In this document: one piece after another, positions 52,185 through 64,000 of the stretch
Layout: the number at the start of each line of letters is the position of its first letter
Position numbering within the stretch: position 1 is the stretch's first letter
Assembly: GCF_001194135.2 (NCBI RefSeq)
Contig: NC_068987.1
Location: forward strand, 79,756,063 to 79,820,062
DNA length: 64,000 nt
Reading direction: 5' to 3'
Source of the DNA: Octopus bimaculoides
Taxonomy: Eukaryota
Notes under the pieces: model-generated
Seen by the model: only the letters and a program-made list of their open reading frames with translations
Databases searched by the model: none
What the model was told of the DNA's origin: nothing
Made by a program: the position numbers and the translations under genes

Positions 52185-53345
52185 ATGATTTCTCAGCTCA
52201 GGCCCTCTGTGCATGAAAAACTCAAACAGGATGGTGTCTGGTCCTGGAGCTTTGTCAGCGTCATGTGATCGAATGCCTTGTTGAACTCATGGGGCGAGGG
52301 CGGCAGGGAAATCGAATTGAAGATGTAGAGCTCTGAGGTGTTTTTAGTACGCACAGAGGTCTTGAGCTGAGAAATCATCTGATGCTCCTCTAAAGATCTG
52401 GGAAAGCAAAACCCTCCCGAACGAGTTCCGCGATGGACTTATCATCACCATCTACAAGAAAGGAAACCGAGAGGATTGCAATAACTATCGTGGCATCCCA
52501 TATTTGAGTATTTCAAGTAAGATCTTCGCTCGTATCCTACTCAATCGCCTTCTCATCCTCACGGAAGACGTCATCCCTGAGTCCCAGTATGGCTTCCGAC
52601 CCACTCGAGGCACGATCGAAATGATCTTTTGTGCCCGTCAACTCCAGAAGTGTCAAGAACAACAGCAGCCTGCAATGTTTATCTTCTGAGATCTAAAGAA
52701 AACCTTTGACAAGGTCCCCTTATCCTGCAATGTGGGCCGTCCTTGCTCGGTCTGGATGTCCAGAGGAATTCATTGCCCTGGTGCACTCCCTTCAAGTCGG
52801 CATGGTGAGTAGGGTATGCCATCAAAATGTCCTCACAGACCCGTTTCTCATCACTGAGGGTTTTAAGCAAGGATGCGTCCTGGCATCAACCTGTTTCACT
52901 CTGTACATGGCCGCCATGTTCAAAGAAATCTCACTAAACTCGCCTTCCATTAGCATGCGTTATCGCTTGGATAGCGGATTCTTCAATCTCGCACATCTCC
53001 GTGCAAAGACGAGGACTACCGCCATCTAAGGCCGTGGGATGCAGTACACCGACGGCAATGCCACCAAGAGCCGGACCGCAAATGGCCTACAAAGAAAAGA
53101 AGATCTTTACAACACGGCTTACGAACGGTTCGGGATGCAGGTAGACACATTAAAGACCAAGACCCTAATCCAACCTGCACCAGGCCAGAACATTCCACCC
53201 ACGAACATTAGCATCAACGGCCAATCCCTAGATGAATTTGAACACTTCTCATACCTAGGGAGTATCCTTTCGAAGACCCCCCCCCCCTGTGTGAAAGGAC
53301 GTGGAGAACCGTATCTATCTAGCTCTATACGTCTACCAGTATAAG
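52185..53345 (+). mobile_element. RTE-clade LINE RT fragment with inverted 5' segment
   Basis: IWESKTLPNEFRDGLIITIYKKGNREDCNNYRGI...ESQYGFRPTRGTIEMIFCARQLQ...DLKKTFDK...KQGCVLA...QYTD...FSYLGSIL; upstream LPPSPHEF...KAPGPD lies on the minus strand at 52185-52337. Confidence 0.9.
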
Positions 53346-54439
53346 CTACAGCAGCTATATATCCGTTAACCTGTGACCGTTTCGTGCCCAGTGTAAAAGC
53401 TACTTGCGATAGTCACACGATCCACATATCGAACACCGCTCCAATAGATCAACCCATCAGGAAGCCGTTAGCATACTACAGAGTAGCTGCATACTGACAT
53501 GCAGATGTGTGTGGTTTATTTTGTCTATTTATTTACTTTATATTTCTATTTATTTATATAATTTAAAATTATTATTTAGAGCTTAAATTTTAGTCAAACT
53601 TTAGCCATTATTAAAGAAAGTCTTGTAGTCAAAGATGTCTCAGTTGATGAATTCATTTTCCTTTTTTATTATCTGACAAGCTTAAGGAGGCGAGGTGACA
53701 GAATCGTAGCACGACGGCCTAATGCCGATGTCGACTTAACCATTCATCTTTTTGCAAACGATGAAATAAGAACCAATGAAATACTGGAATCGATGCCTCC
53801 TCCACTCATTACTGATCTGAGCCAAAGTGGGAAAGAAATGATTATTTGACAATCTTATTGAATATGAATCTGATTAGGTTCACCACGATAGCATGATGTA
53901 ATTGTGAAAGATTTGGCTGTTTGGCTTTGTTGTTGTTTAGTTTCTGATCGAAAGAAACCTAAGACGAAAGGAACCCTAGCTGTGACTCAGCTGTCTCTGT
54001 TGGATATCCAATATGATTCCAATGTAATCATGAGTAATTTTGGATACTTTGGGGTTTCTTTTTCAAGTGGAATGCTTAAATAAAAGTTGCCTCGTTCGCT
54101 ATACACTATTGCGTCTTAAATTGATTTTCGTCGATTTTGACTATGAGAATAGTGCAGTTCTTCGATTATTTGATTCCTTACTCATAGAATTATCATGAAA
54201 ATGGTGGAGACGTTTAACGTAATTATACACAAAGATTATAAACTATGTATGGCTAGACTGGCACTTTTAATTACAAAGAGAGTTTATCCAATCGAGTTTT
54301 ACGTAGTTAAAATTTAATGAATTTCACTAACATGTCATGAACTCCAGCAGTTCATGACTTGTTAGTATCTGTAATAAAACACATTTCTTTTATCTATTAC
54401 GTATCCAACAGTGTCTGTAATAAAACACATTTCATTTAT

Positions 54440-54806
54440 CTCTTACTTGTTTCAGCCATGCTGGGGCACCGCATTGAAGAATTTTGGTCGGACTAAACAA
54501 CCCCAGTACTAATTTTTTTTTAAGCTTGGTATCATTCTATCGACCCCTTTTGCCGATCCTCAAAAAAGGACGTAAACACTCCAAAAACTGTTATTAAAAA
54601 CAGTAGAGAGAGACAAGCACAGACCCGAACATACACATACTCACACATAAATGTATATGCGACGATCTTCTTTCAGTTTTCATCCACCAAATCCATGCAC
54701 AAAGCTTTGTAGACCCGAGGCTATAGTAGAAGACATTTGCTTAAAGTGTCACACAGTGGGAGTGAACCCAGAACTGTGTAGTTCGGTAGCGAATTTCTTA
54801 CCACAC
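54440..54806 (-). mobile_element. Full-length SINE family B, diverged
   Basis: catgctggggcaccgc tail; tcagttttcatccaccaaatcc; gtgaaccc...cttaccacacagcc head. Confidence 0.8.
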
Positions 54807-55935
54807 AGCCAAGTCTGCACTTATGCTCAGCATTTCACGGAGTGGAATCGATCACCGTAGCTCATCACTGAGAATCAAACGTTTAACCATGAAGCCATAT
54901 ACAATCCTTGGCTGCGTCTGCATATATATATATATACATATATATATACATACATACATACATATATATATATNNNNNNNNNNNNNNNNNNNNNNNNNNN
55001 NNNNNNNNNNNNNNNNNNNNNNNNNNNNNNNNNNNNNNNNNNNNNNNNNNNNNNNNNNNNNNNNNNNNNNNNNNNNNNNNNNNNNNNNNNNNNNNNNNNN
55101 NNNNNNNNNNNNNNNNNNNNNNNNNNNNNNNNNNNNNNNNNNNNNNNNNNNNNNNNNNNNNNNNNNNNNNNNNNNNNNNNNNNNNNNNNNNNNNNNNNNN
55201 NNNNNNNNNNNNNNNNNNNNNNNNNNNNNNNNNNNNNNNNNNNNNNNNNNNNNNNNNNNNNNNNNNNNNNNNNNNNNNNNNNNNNNNNNNNNNNNNNNNN
55301 NNNNNNNNNNNNNNNNNNNNNNNNNNNNNNNNNNNNNNNNNNNNNNNNNNNNNNNNNNNNNNNNNNNNNNNNNNNNNNNNNNNNNNNNNNNNNNNNNNNN
55401 NNNNNNNNNNNNNNNNNNNNNNNNNNNNNNNNNNNNNNNNNNNNNNNNNNNNNNNNNNNNNNNNNNNNNNNNNNNNNNNNNNNNNNNNNNNNNNNNNNNN
55501 NNNNNNNNNNNNNNNNNNNNNNNNNNNNNNNNNNNNNNNNNNNNNNNNNNNNNNNNNNNNNNNNNNNNNNNNNNNNNNNNNNNNNNNNNNNNNNNNNNNN
55601 NNNNNNNNNNNNNNNNNNNNNNNNNNNNNNNNNNNNNNNNNNNNNNNNNNNNNNNNNNNNNNNNNNNNNNNNNNNNNNNNNNNNNNNNNNNNNNNNNNNN
55701 NNNNNNNNNNNNNNNNNNNNNNNNNNNNNNNNNNNNNNNNNNNNNNNNNNNNNNNNNNNNNNNNNNNNNNNNNNNNNNNNNNNNNNNNNNNNNNNNNNNN
55801 NNNNNNNNNNNNNNNNNNNNNNNNNNNNNNNNNNNNNNNNNNNNNNNNNNNNNNNNNNNNNNNNNNNNNNNNNNNNNNNNNNNNNNNNNNNNNNNNNNNN
55901 NNNNNNNNNNNNNNNNNNNNNNNNNNNNNNNNNNN

Positions 55936-55993
<58 letters not shown>

Positions 55994-56566
55994 TCTAATA
56001 GGATGGCGGTGACGTGTAATAAAATGTGGTATAGTACGCCAGCTATATTCTTGCGATATAGTACATTTATTATATTGTTGATATAAGGATTCGTTTATTA
56101 CTAGCTATGGAGGAACATAAATTTGATCAAGTGCCGTTATTCTGGAATGGTACATAATAATGCATCCTTCACTAATAATTCTGTCATGAGAACGCGTTAT
56201 TCCCTGACGACATCTACATATATATTCAGGAAATTTGTTTTCTTGCAAGTCTGATAACTTTTGAAATATATAAATTGAAGCATTAATGTCGTAGTCTACT
56301 TGTGTTCAACAGAAGCCTCAGACCCATCCCCATACACACTCATGGTTCATATTAAAGGTGAAACCAAATTTATCAAAGAGAACGTATATCATTTGACATA
56401 AAGAAAATATTTTGTATACATTAATTGCACTGGTACCTCTAAATATGCACCATAATACATAAAAATACATTTGATGTGTATGTGCTGTTTATATTTCAGT
56501 CTAATGTATGTCTCTCTCCTTCTCTCCTTATGTGTCTAAATCGACCTCCTATATCTCTCATTCTCC

Positions 56567-56604
<38 letters not shown>

Positions 56605-56816
56605 GTATGTATGTGTGATTTGTTATGTATATATTAATGTGTTTTCTTTGCATCAAGTGATACTTAAAAACAAACATTAAACTGAAGAATTACTGAAGAA
56701 TTCTTTTTAGTAGAATACATGTTTATTAAAAATTTATAAGAAGAGGTGTAACAGTCTGCATCTATCATCATCTCTCTCGGTTTCTAAAAGAGTATACATA
56801 GTACACACACACACAC

Positions 56817-56893
<77 letters not shown>

Positions 56894-56904
56894 CACATTC
56901 GAAT

Positions 56905-59600
56905 GTGGTGTGCGACGCACTCATAGTACATCTAAAGCATCTTGATATAGTGATATGCACACTATATCGCCCACCTGATGCCTCAAATCATGATGGAAAA
57001 TTTGAGGAAAGCCTCATTGCGATAAAGAAAGTAGTAACACAAGTAGATCAACGTACTACTATATTCCTGATGGGTGACTTCAACTTACCCAACGTCAGGA
57101 GGCCTAAGGAAAATATAACCCCAGGAATGACGCACAAAAGCGAAAACAAGTAGAATCTCTTCATGATCTTACGAAAATGCTGTTCATGGAGCAGATCATA
57201 TTCTCTTCAACCAGGCACAAATATATCCTGGACCTCTGTTTTACAAATAATGTGGAAATCATCCACAACGTAAATATTTCACCGACAATATTCTCAGACC
57301 ATAACATCATAGAACTGACATTGTATGGCCCGGAATTAACTAAAGGTAAACTCCGCACAGATGACACTCAACACCTATCCAACCTAAATTTCTATCAGGC
57401 TAATTGTAAATCACTTGCAAAACAGATACTTCGGCAGGACTTGTCTACAAGCCTCTCTATGCAAGACATACATATGAAACTCAATAAATGCATGTCAATA
57501 ATGCGAGCCAAATGCATTAAGTATGTCCCAGAGAAGAAAGTCAATACACACAAAAATATCATTCCCCGAGACAGGAGAATACTCATGCGGCGGAGAATAA
57601 AGATCTGGAATCGTTTAAACAAACACCTTAATGACAGTATGAAATCCCACCTGGCAGAGAAACACTTCGAGACATAAAATAAACTCAAAATCTACCTTAT
57701 TAAAGAAAGAGAAGAAAGAGAAACCTGGGCAGTCAAAAATATAAAAAGAAATCCTAAAGCCTTCTACACCTTGGCAAAGGGGTTGGCAAAAGGCCACTAT
57801 TTGGTAAAAACGAATCGCTAACTGAACACCCAGGGAAGATAAGCAAAGCACTGAATAAATAATTCCAAAGGGTTTTCACTTCTCCACTGGAAAATATGTA
57901 AATAAACAAACCGGAGCAGTTTTTCAACGTAACAAATCTTTTCGGAAAAGAGGCAACCATCGATTACATCAACATAACAGAAGAGAGTGTAACATCGGCC
58001 ATTGATGAGATGAGATCAAACTCAGCAACGGGCCCAGATGGACTCATGGCTGTAAAGACATGTAAAAAGGCTCTTGTAAATCCACCGCAGATACTCCTTC
58101 AGATTTTCCTTGTATGTGGCAAACTTCCTAACATGCTAAAAGAGGGTATAATATGCTCTGTCCATAAATGAGGGAGCAGAGCAGATGCTAAAAATTACAG
58201 GCCCATCTCTCTGATCTTACATGTTAGCAAGACAATGGAATGCATTGTCAGAAAGAGGCTGATCACGTTCCTAGAATAAAACAACCTTCTCACAAACACG
58301 CAACATGGCTTCCGTCCAAGGAGGAGCTGCTTCACACGGTTGCTACAGCACTTTGACTGAGTACTGAAGCAACAACTAAACCAGTCAGGTTTAGTAAACG
58401 AGATATACCTTGACTTTGCCAAGGCCTTCGATAAGATTGATCATGGCATGATATGTCACAAGCTGCGAAACGTTTGTATTACTGGAAAACTGGGAGAGTG
58501 GCTGCGTGATTTTCTGAAGGGCAGGAGTCAGACAGTTGTAGCCAATGGTGCTCAATTCGCAGCAGAGTTCCACAGGGAACTGTACTGGGGCCACTAATTT
58601 TTGTGGTGGCCCTCTCAGACATTCCTTCTGCGGTTCAATCAGCCAATCTGACCAGTTATGCTGACGACACAAAAGTATCGCAGGCAGTTAGGAACCCAGA
58701 GGATATCATAAAATTGCAGAAACACCTGAATGAAATATACAAATTGACTAACAAAAATAACATGCAGTTCGACGCTAGGAAATTTCAGGCACTCCACTAT
58801 CGGCTGAACATTAGGCTGAAATCGGAATACATTGGCCCAAAGGTTATACGATCCAAGAGTCCGAGTCGGTGCGTGACCTGGGGTTTCACATGAGCAATGA
58901 TGCAACATTCCATACGCATATTACTTAAGATGGCAACACTGAGCATGCAAGCGGCTGGGTGGATTCTGAGGACATTCAGAACCAGGAAACTGCTACTCCT
59001 ATAGAGGACATTCGTTCTCAGCCGTTTGGATTATTGCTCCCAACTATGGTCCCCAGTGATTGTGAAACAAATTGTGGGACTCGAAGCAATCCAGCACCAA
59101 TACACAAAAAAGATTGACTCGATGCAAAAGTTGGGCTAAACGAGTTGAGTCTCTGTTCCCTGGAAAGAAGACGAGAGAGATATGCAGTGACATATATTAG
59201 GAAGACCTTGGAGTATTTAGCTCCCAATTTTGGAATTGACAGTCATACCAACCCTAGAAGTGGGCGGCACTGCATCATACCAAAGATCCCCTCTTCCCCA
59301 TCTAAAATAAGGACACAGTACTGCAATAGTCTGGGTTTCAAGGGCCCTTAATTGTTCAGCATCCTGCCAAGCAACCTTAGAGATCTACATGGTGTTGATG
59401 TGGAAGTTTTCAAGGAACGTCTGGACAGATTTCTATCTAAATACCAGATGTACCCACATCACAGCAGGAGATGCAAAGAAGAGCAGCTCCGTCTAACTCG
59501 CTATTTCCTCAAAAACAATACCGGAAACAACTACAGGTGGTGTACCAGCATGACCTCAGCCCTGGGCTGAAACCAGTAAAAAAATAAAAGATAAAAGATA
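56905..59600 (+). mobile_element. CR1-clade LINE ORF2 (partial APE endonuclease + RT + C-terminus + 3' UTR), pseudogenised
   Basis: ICTLYRPP...IFLMGDFNLP (APE), ILDLCFTN...FSDHN, SATGPDG, NYRPISL, QHGFR, YLDFAKAFDKIDH, QGTVLGP, YADDTK, LERRRERY; tail (TAAAAGA)n; several stops and frameshifts. Confidence 0.95.
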
Positions 59601-59663
59601 TGCTCACATATGTATGTGTCTATGTATATATTCTTTTATTCTTTTACTTGTTTCAGTCATTTA

Positions 59664-59664
59664 T

Positions 59665-59730
<66 letters not shown>
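59664..59730. repeat. (GATA)n microsatellite
   Basis: Visible run; another at 51555-51610. Confidence 0.95.
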
Positions 59731-59731
<1 letters not shown>

Positions 59732-60059
59732 TTACGTGACTTCAACTTTGTTACTTACCAATGTGATACTTCTGAGAAGATTCTTCTGCGTGTCTTAATA
59801 GTCAGTTAAATTAAAGATAACATGTCACATAACACATTAATAATATACATATTTATATCAGCAATATGCTTGTTGTTTTACTACAGAAAAGATACATAGC
59901 ACGCCAAAATTCTTTTCTATACTTCTTCCGTATATTTATTCTGCCTTGTTTAAGATTTACTTTATGGTTTGATCAAGCGTGTCCTCCATGGATCATTCGT
60001 GAAAGCGTCATTACGTGTTACTCTCTATTTCTTCCCTACTTGTAGAAAGAATTTATACA

Positions 60060-60378
60060 CTCGCTTTCACTCAGTTCAGTTACTGGGAGTGGATTTGGTG
60101 GACGGAGACAAAGAGTCTGTCGTATGTGCGTGTCTGTCGTATGTGCGTGTCTGTATGCGTGTCTTTGTAATTGCCCCCTATCACCGCTGGACAACCAGTG
60201 TTGGTGTGTTTACGTCCCCGAAACTTAGCGGTTCAGCAAAAGACACCATTAGAATATGTACTACGCTTTAAAAATAAGTTTAGTCATGGGGGTCGATTCA
60301 TTTGACCAAAATCCCTTCAAGGTCTACTCAAACATTGCCGCAGTCAAATGACTAAAACAAATAAAAGAATAAAAGAGC
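60060..60378 (+). mobile_element. SINE family B lacking its head
   Basis: gagtggatttggtggacgg...gttggtgtgtttacgtccccgaaacttagcggttcagcaaaagac...gcagtcaaatgactaaaac. Confidence 0.8.
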
Positions 60379-60780
60379 AAAGTATTATTCAGTACGGCTC
60401 AGAAGAAATATCGAGGCTCAGAAGAAATATCGAGGCATTCAAAAGTTCACCTTCATTTACAAAACATACACTTAATACATTCATTCAGAATCAAACTGTG
60501 GCATATATCGGAGTAGATATACATTTATGTTATGCATGAATTCGTGTAACTCAAAGTGATCGGTTCACCTGTTCCAAATGATAGTTTTCTTTAGCCACAG
60601 GTTAATGCTGAATCAGGAAAGGTTGACAACAAAGGTGTTCCGATGTACGATTTTGTAGTCTAAAGTACATATTTTCCGAAGACAGGAAGGCTAGAAATAG
60701 ATCTGTTGGTTCCTGTCAGATCTGGAGCTAATCAACGTCACGAAATCGCAAGCGTCGCTCTGTAATAAGAAGATTGCTTC

Positions 60781-61690
60781 ACAACCACATGGTTCCAGGT
60801 TCAATGTTATTGCCTGACATCTTGGACAAGTGTCTTCTCATATTTAACCACGCACCGTCCAAACCCTTGTGAGTGCATTTGGTAGACGGAAATTGAAAGA
60901 AGCCCATCGTATATATTCTTTTATTTGTTTCAGTCATTTGACTGCGGCCATACTGGAGCACCGCCTGTAGTCGAACAAATCGACCCCAGGACTTACGCTT
61001 TGTAAGCGTGGTACTTATTGTGTCGGACTCTTTTTGCCGAACCGCTAAGTTACGGGGACATAAATACAGCAACATAAGCTGTCAAGCGATGGCGTGGGGG
61101 GGGCAAACACAGATACACAAACACACACATACATATACATACATACATACATGCATACNNNNNNNNNNNNNNNNNNNNNNNNNNNNNNNNNNNNNNNNNN
61201 NNNNNNNNNNNNNNNNNNNNNNNNNNNNNNNNNNNNNNNNNNNNNNNNNNNNNNNNNNNNNNNNNNNNNNNNNNNNNNNNNNNNNNNNNNNNNNNNNNNN
61301 NNNNNNNNNNNNNNNNNNNNNNNNNNNNNNNNNNNNNNNNNNNNNNNNNNNNNNNNNNNNNNNNNNNNNNNNNNNNNNNNNNNNNNNNNNNNNNNNNNNN
61401 NNNNNNNNNNNNNNNNNNNNNNNNNNNNNNNNNNNNNNATATATATATATATATATATATATATATACGCGTGTGTGTGTGTGTATCTTCGTGTCAGTAC
61501 CTTGTCCAGTACCACTGCTTGACAACCGGAGTTGGTGTGCTTACGTCCCCGTAACTTAGAAGTTCAGCAAAGCGACCGATAGAACAAGTACCAAATTTAA
61601 AGAAAACGAAAAAGTTAAGTTCTAGGGTCGATTCATTCGACTAAAATTTCTTCAAAGCGGTACCACAGCATGGACGAAAGAAATAAAAGG
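60781..61690. mobile_element. Nested SINE family B pair (plus-strand host with a minus-strand copy in its central microsatellite)
   Basis: Plus 5' half 60781-60915; minus 3' half 60917-61135; gap 61159-61438; plus 3' half 61480-61690. Confidence 0.7.
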
Positions 61691-61714
61691 TAAAAGGAAA
61701 AAGAATGGATGGAC

Positions 61715-61935
61715 AAGGTTCCTTCACGAGTTATATAGTGCCATGGGTTAGGTTTCCCGGTTTCTGTGGCGTATATATTTTCCCCTGGATGGGACGACTA
61801 TCCATTGCAAGAATGCACATTTTTTGCTGGCTAACTGCCCTTGAGTAACGTGAAATGATGCCTTTTGTTCAAGAACATTTCATCGTCCGGACAAGGGATC
61901 GAAACCATAATCGTGAGTCCAACACCTTAACCAAG
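61715..61935 (-). mobile_element. tRNA-derived SINE, family D
   Basis: Minus strand ggttaaggtgttggactcacgat..gtttcgatccc head; central domain like family C; different tail (gtcccatccagggg...acagaaaccgggaaac). Confidence 0.6.
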
Positions 61936-62233
61936 AAAACACGCACCTTTAATAACAACATTAATCTAAAAGCACAGAATGTCAACCATGGTGCACACAT
62001 GTGGTCACTTTATATGATAGAAACGGTAGACAAATCTTCCTATACTAATACTCAACTGAGTTATGAATACACGAATACTGCATGCGTGCATGTGAGTGTA
62101 TTCAGATACGCACACACACAAACACACTCGCAGGCACAAATTTATAAACATATATAGAAATGTCTCTATGCATGTGTGTATGTGTATGCCTTTGTGTGTG
62201 TGTGTGTATGTGTGTGTATGTGTGTGTATGTGT

Positions 62234-62278
<45 letters not shown>

Positions 62279-62808
62279 TGTATGTGTGTGTGTGTTTGTG
62301 TGTGGGTGTGCGCGCGAGTTTTAGTTGAGATATACTGCCTCGGGGAATGAAGATAAGAATTATGTCGGACGAAACTGAAATTATTATTAAAAGATAAATG
62401 AAGAAAAAATAATGGTGCAAAATAAAATATTCGAAATCAGAATATATATATATATGTATANNNNNNNNNNNNNNNNNNNNNNNNNNNNNNNNNNNNNNNN
62501 NNNNNNNNNNNNNNNNNNNNNNNNNNNNNAATGGACCATGATAAATAAGCCAAATCACTGATAAGATTGCATATACAACATATCTAATATTATAGAATAT
62601 TTTATGCTAGTGGTAAGTGGCTTATCACAGGTATAGCCATGTGGTTAAGAAGTTCACTTCTCAGCTAGAAGGTCGATGGCTCGATTTCAAAGCATCTGTG
62701 CATCACATAGAATAAAAGACATTTAGTCCAGTATCAGAAGGCAAGGCCATGAGAATGACATTTGTAAAGGAGTAACTATACGGCAGCCTGTCATACCAAT
62801 CTCATCCC

Positions 62809-62860
<52 letters not shown>

Positions 62861-63009
62861 TAATAGACACTGTGTATTTTTTTTATGTACTAGTAATAGT
62901 TTCATAAAAACATGTGTAGTGTCTATTAAATAATATTTACCTCTCACAAGATGGAGTTCTTTTTTTGCTGATCTTACCATCAGAAAAAAAATTATAAAAT
63001 TATATTATA

Positions 63010-63395
63010 TATCCGTGATCAATAAGTATCTGGATTGTTGGCGTAGTAACGAAGCTAAAGCACGCAAAGTGAAGCCGCTTGGGAAAGACTGACCTTGCAC
63101 GCTGTTGTGCATGCGCACTAAGTTTTAACGTTCTAGCTCACTTTCTCTGTTTACATCAGTGCTTGGAAAGGAAGGTGTGTAGCGTGTGATCGACGCACTG
63201 ACAATGACAGAGAAAGATGAGCAGAGGATCTGCATCAAATTTTGCCAAAAATCCTGGTGATACTTACTCAGAGGCCTACGCAAAGCTTTCAAAAGGTTTT
63301 TATCGTTCTTGTGCAACTGAAACCCGATTGTGTTTTTGGTCAGCTGAAAGCAGTTTTGGCACAAACTTGGCAGGCACACGTCTCATGCCCAAATA
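63010..63395 (+). mobile_element. Second mariner fold-back derivative (left arm, junction, partial right arm)
   Basis: tgatcaataagtatc TIR remnant and 5' UTR homologous to the 44.5-kb end; MTEKDEQRICIKFCQK...SEAYAKLSK fused to the reverse complement of GMRRVPAKFVPKLLSADQK. Confidence 0.85.
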
Positions 63396-63779
63396 TGCTT
63401 ATATGTATTCACCATCTAGTCTATGCAGTTACCAGTCTTTTCCACTCATTAATGTGTATCACTCATACATGTGTGCGTATTCATCCAGTACATTTGAATA
63501 AATAGATATACTTGGATGTTTACCGGCTAATGTCTGTCGATTTTCTATCCTCTCCGTTTTCTTATTTGCCGTATAAATTAAGGGTAAACCACTCGTTTAC
63601 CCCCGCCCATATATAATACTCAATTCTGAGATTGCCATGCAATAACTAGCACTTCGATATGAATAATAGGGTATACTACAGCAGTATATTGGATAGGTAC
63701 TATCCCTTAGTTGGTTCCTCAACCTCTAACTCACACAGAAATATATATGTATATATATATTTGTTTCTCTCCTTATTTT

Positions 63780-63972
63780 TTTTCTCCTAATTTTTTTCTC
63801 CTTACTTTTTTTCTCCTTGTTTCTCTCCTTATTTCTTTCTGTGTTCCTTTCAGTTGAAGAGCGTAGCTCGAAACGTCAAAGACTTTCTCTATTCCCGAGC
63901 GTTAAACAAATACGTTCATTTGTTGTTTACACCCCCTGTCTTCGTCTGTTGTTTTTTTTTCGTAAATTCGTC
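63780..63972 (+). mobile_element. Penelope-type terminal-repeat-like element with degenerate hammerhead motif
   Basis: tgaagagcgtagctcgaaacgtc signature in a pyrimidine-rich context; ends in (TA)n. Confidence 0.45.
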
Positions 63973-64000
63973 CATATATATATATACATACATATATATA

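Noticed and set aside
60396-60433. 19-bp tandem duplication; similar short duplication at ~54368-54433
   Set aside because: Ordinary slippage duplications next to SINE tails, with no sign of function.
1-64000. Long ORFs made of YI, CV, HT, LS or X runs (for example 962-1678, 11530-12795, 48094-48954, 54823-55998)
   Set aside because: They are translations of microsatellites and N-gaps.

Overview
AT-rich, microsatellite-dense animal DNA from a gapped draft assembly. It has 14 N-gaps, most of them abutting (TA)n or other simple repeats. The SINE families look, from memory and not from a search, like those of Octopus or a related coleoid cephalopod. I cannot support any intact host protein-coding gene, RNA gene or CRISPR array, so the window reads as intronic or intergenic. 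Nearly all listed ORFs are simple-repeat or gap artefacts, or transposon remnants. Identifiable content: (1) at least four tRNA-headed SINE families, including a fixed dimer and nested copies; (2) three CR1-clade LINE copies, one a decayed APE+RT ORF2; (3) RTE, R4/Dong-type (RLE) and Penelope-like fragments; (4) a DD37D maT transposon, two fold-back mariner derivatives, hAT and TA-target MITEs, and a Helitron Rep fragment. The most interesting signals concern retroelement and transposon mechanics. A double stem-loop with compensatory substitutions is shared by the 3' ends of the CR1 LINEs and one SINE family. Two mariner copies share one inverted junction. An RTE has a twin-priming-like 5' inversion. 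A 143-bp insertion appears copied from nearby DNA and is flanked by a 13-bp duplication. A degenerate Penelope-type hammerhead lies at the right end. All alignments were done by eye and element boundaries are approximate unless a TSD or TIR is given.
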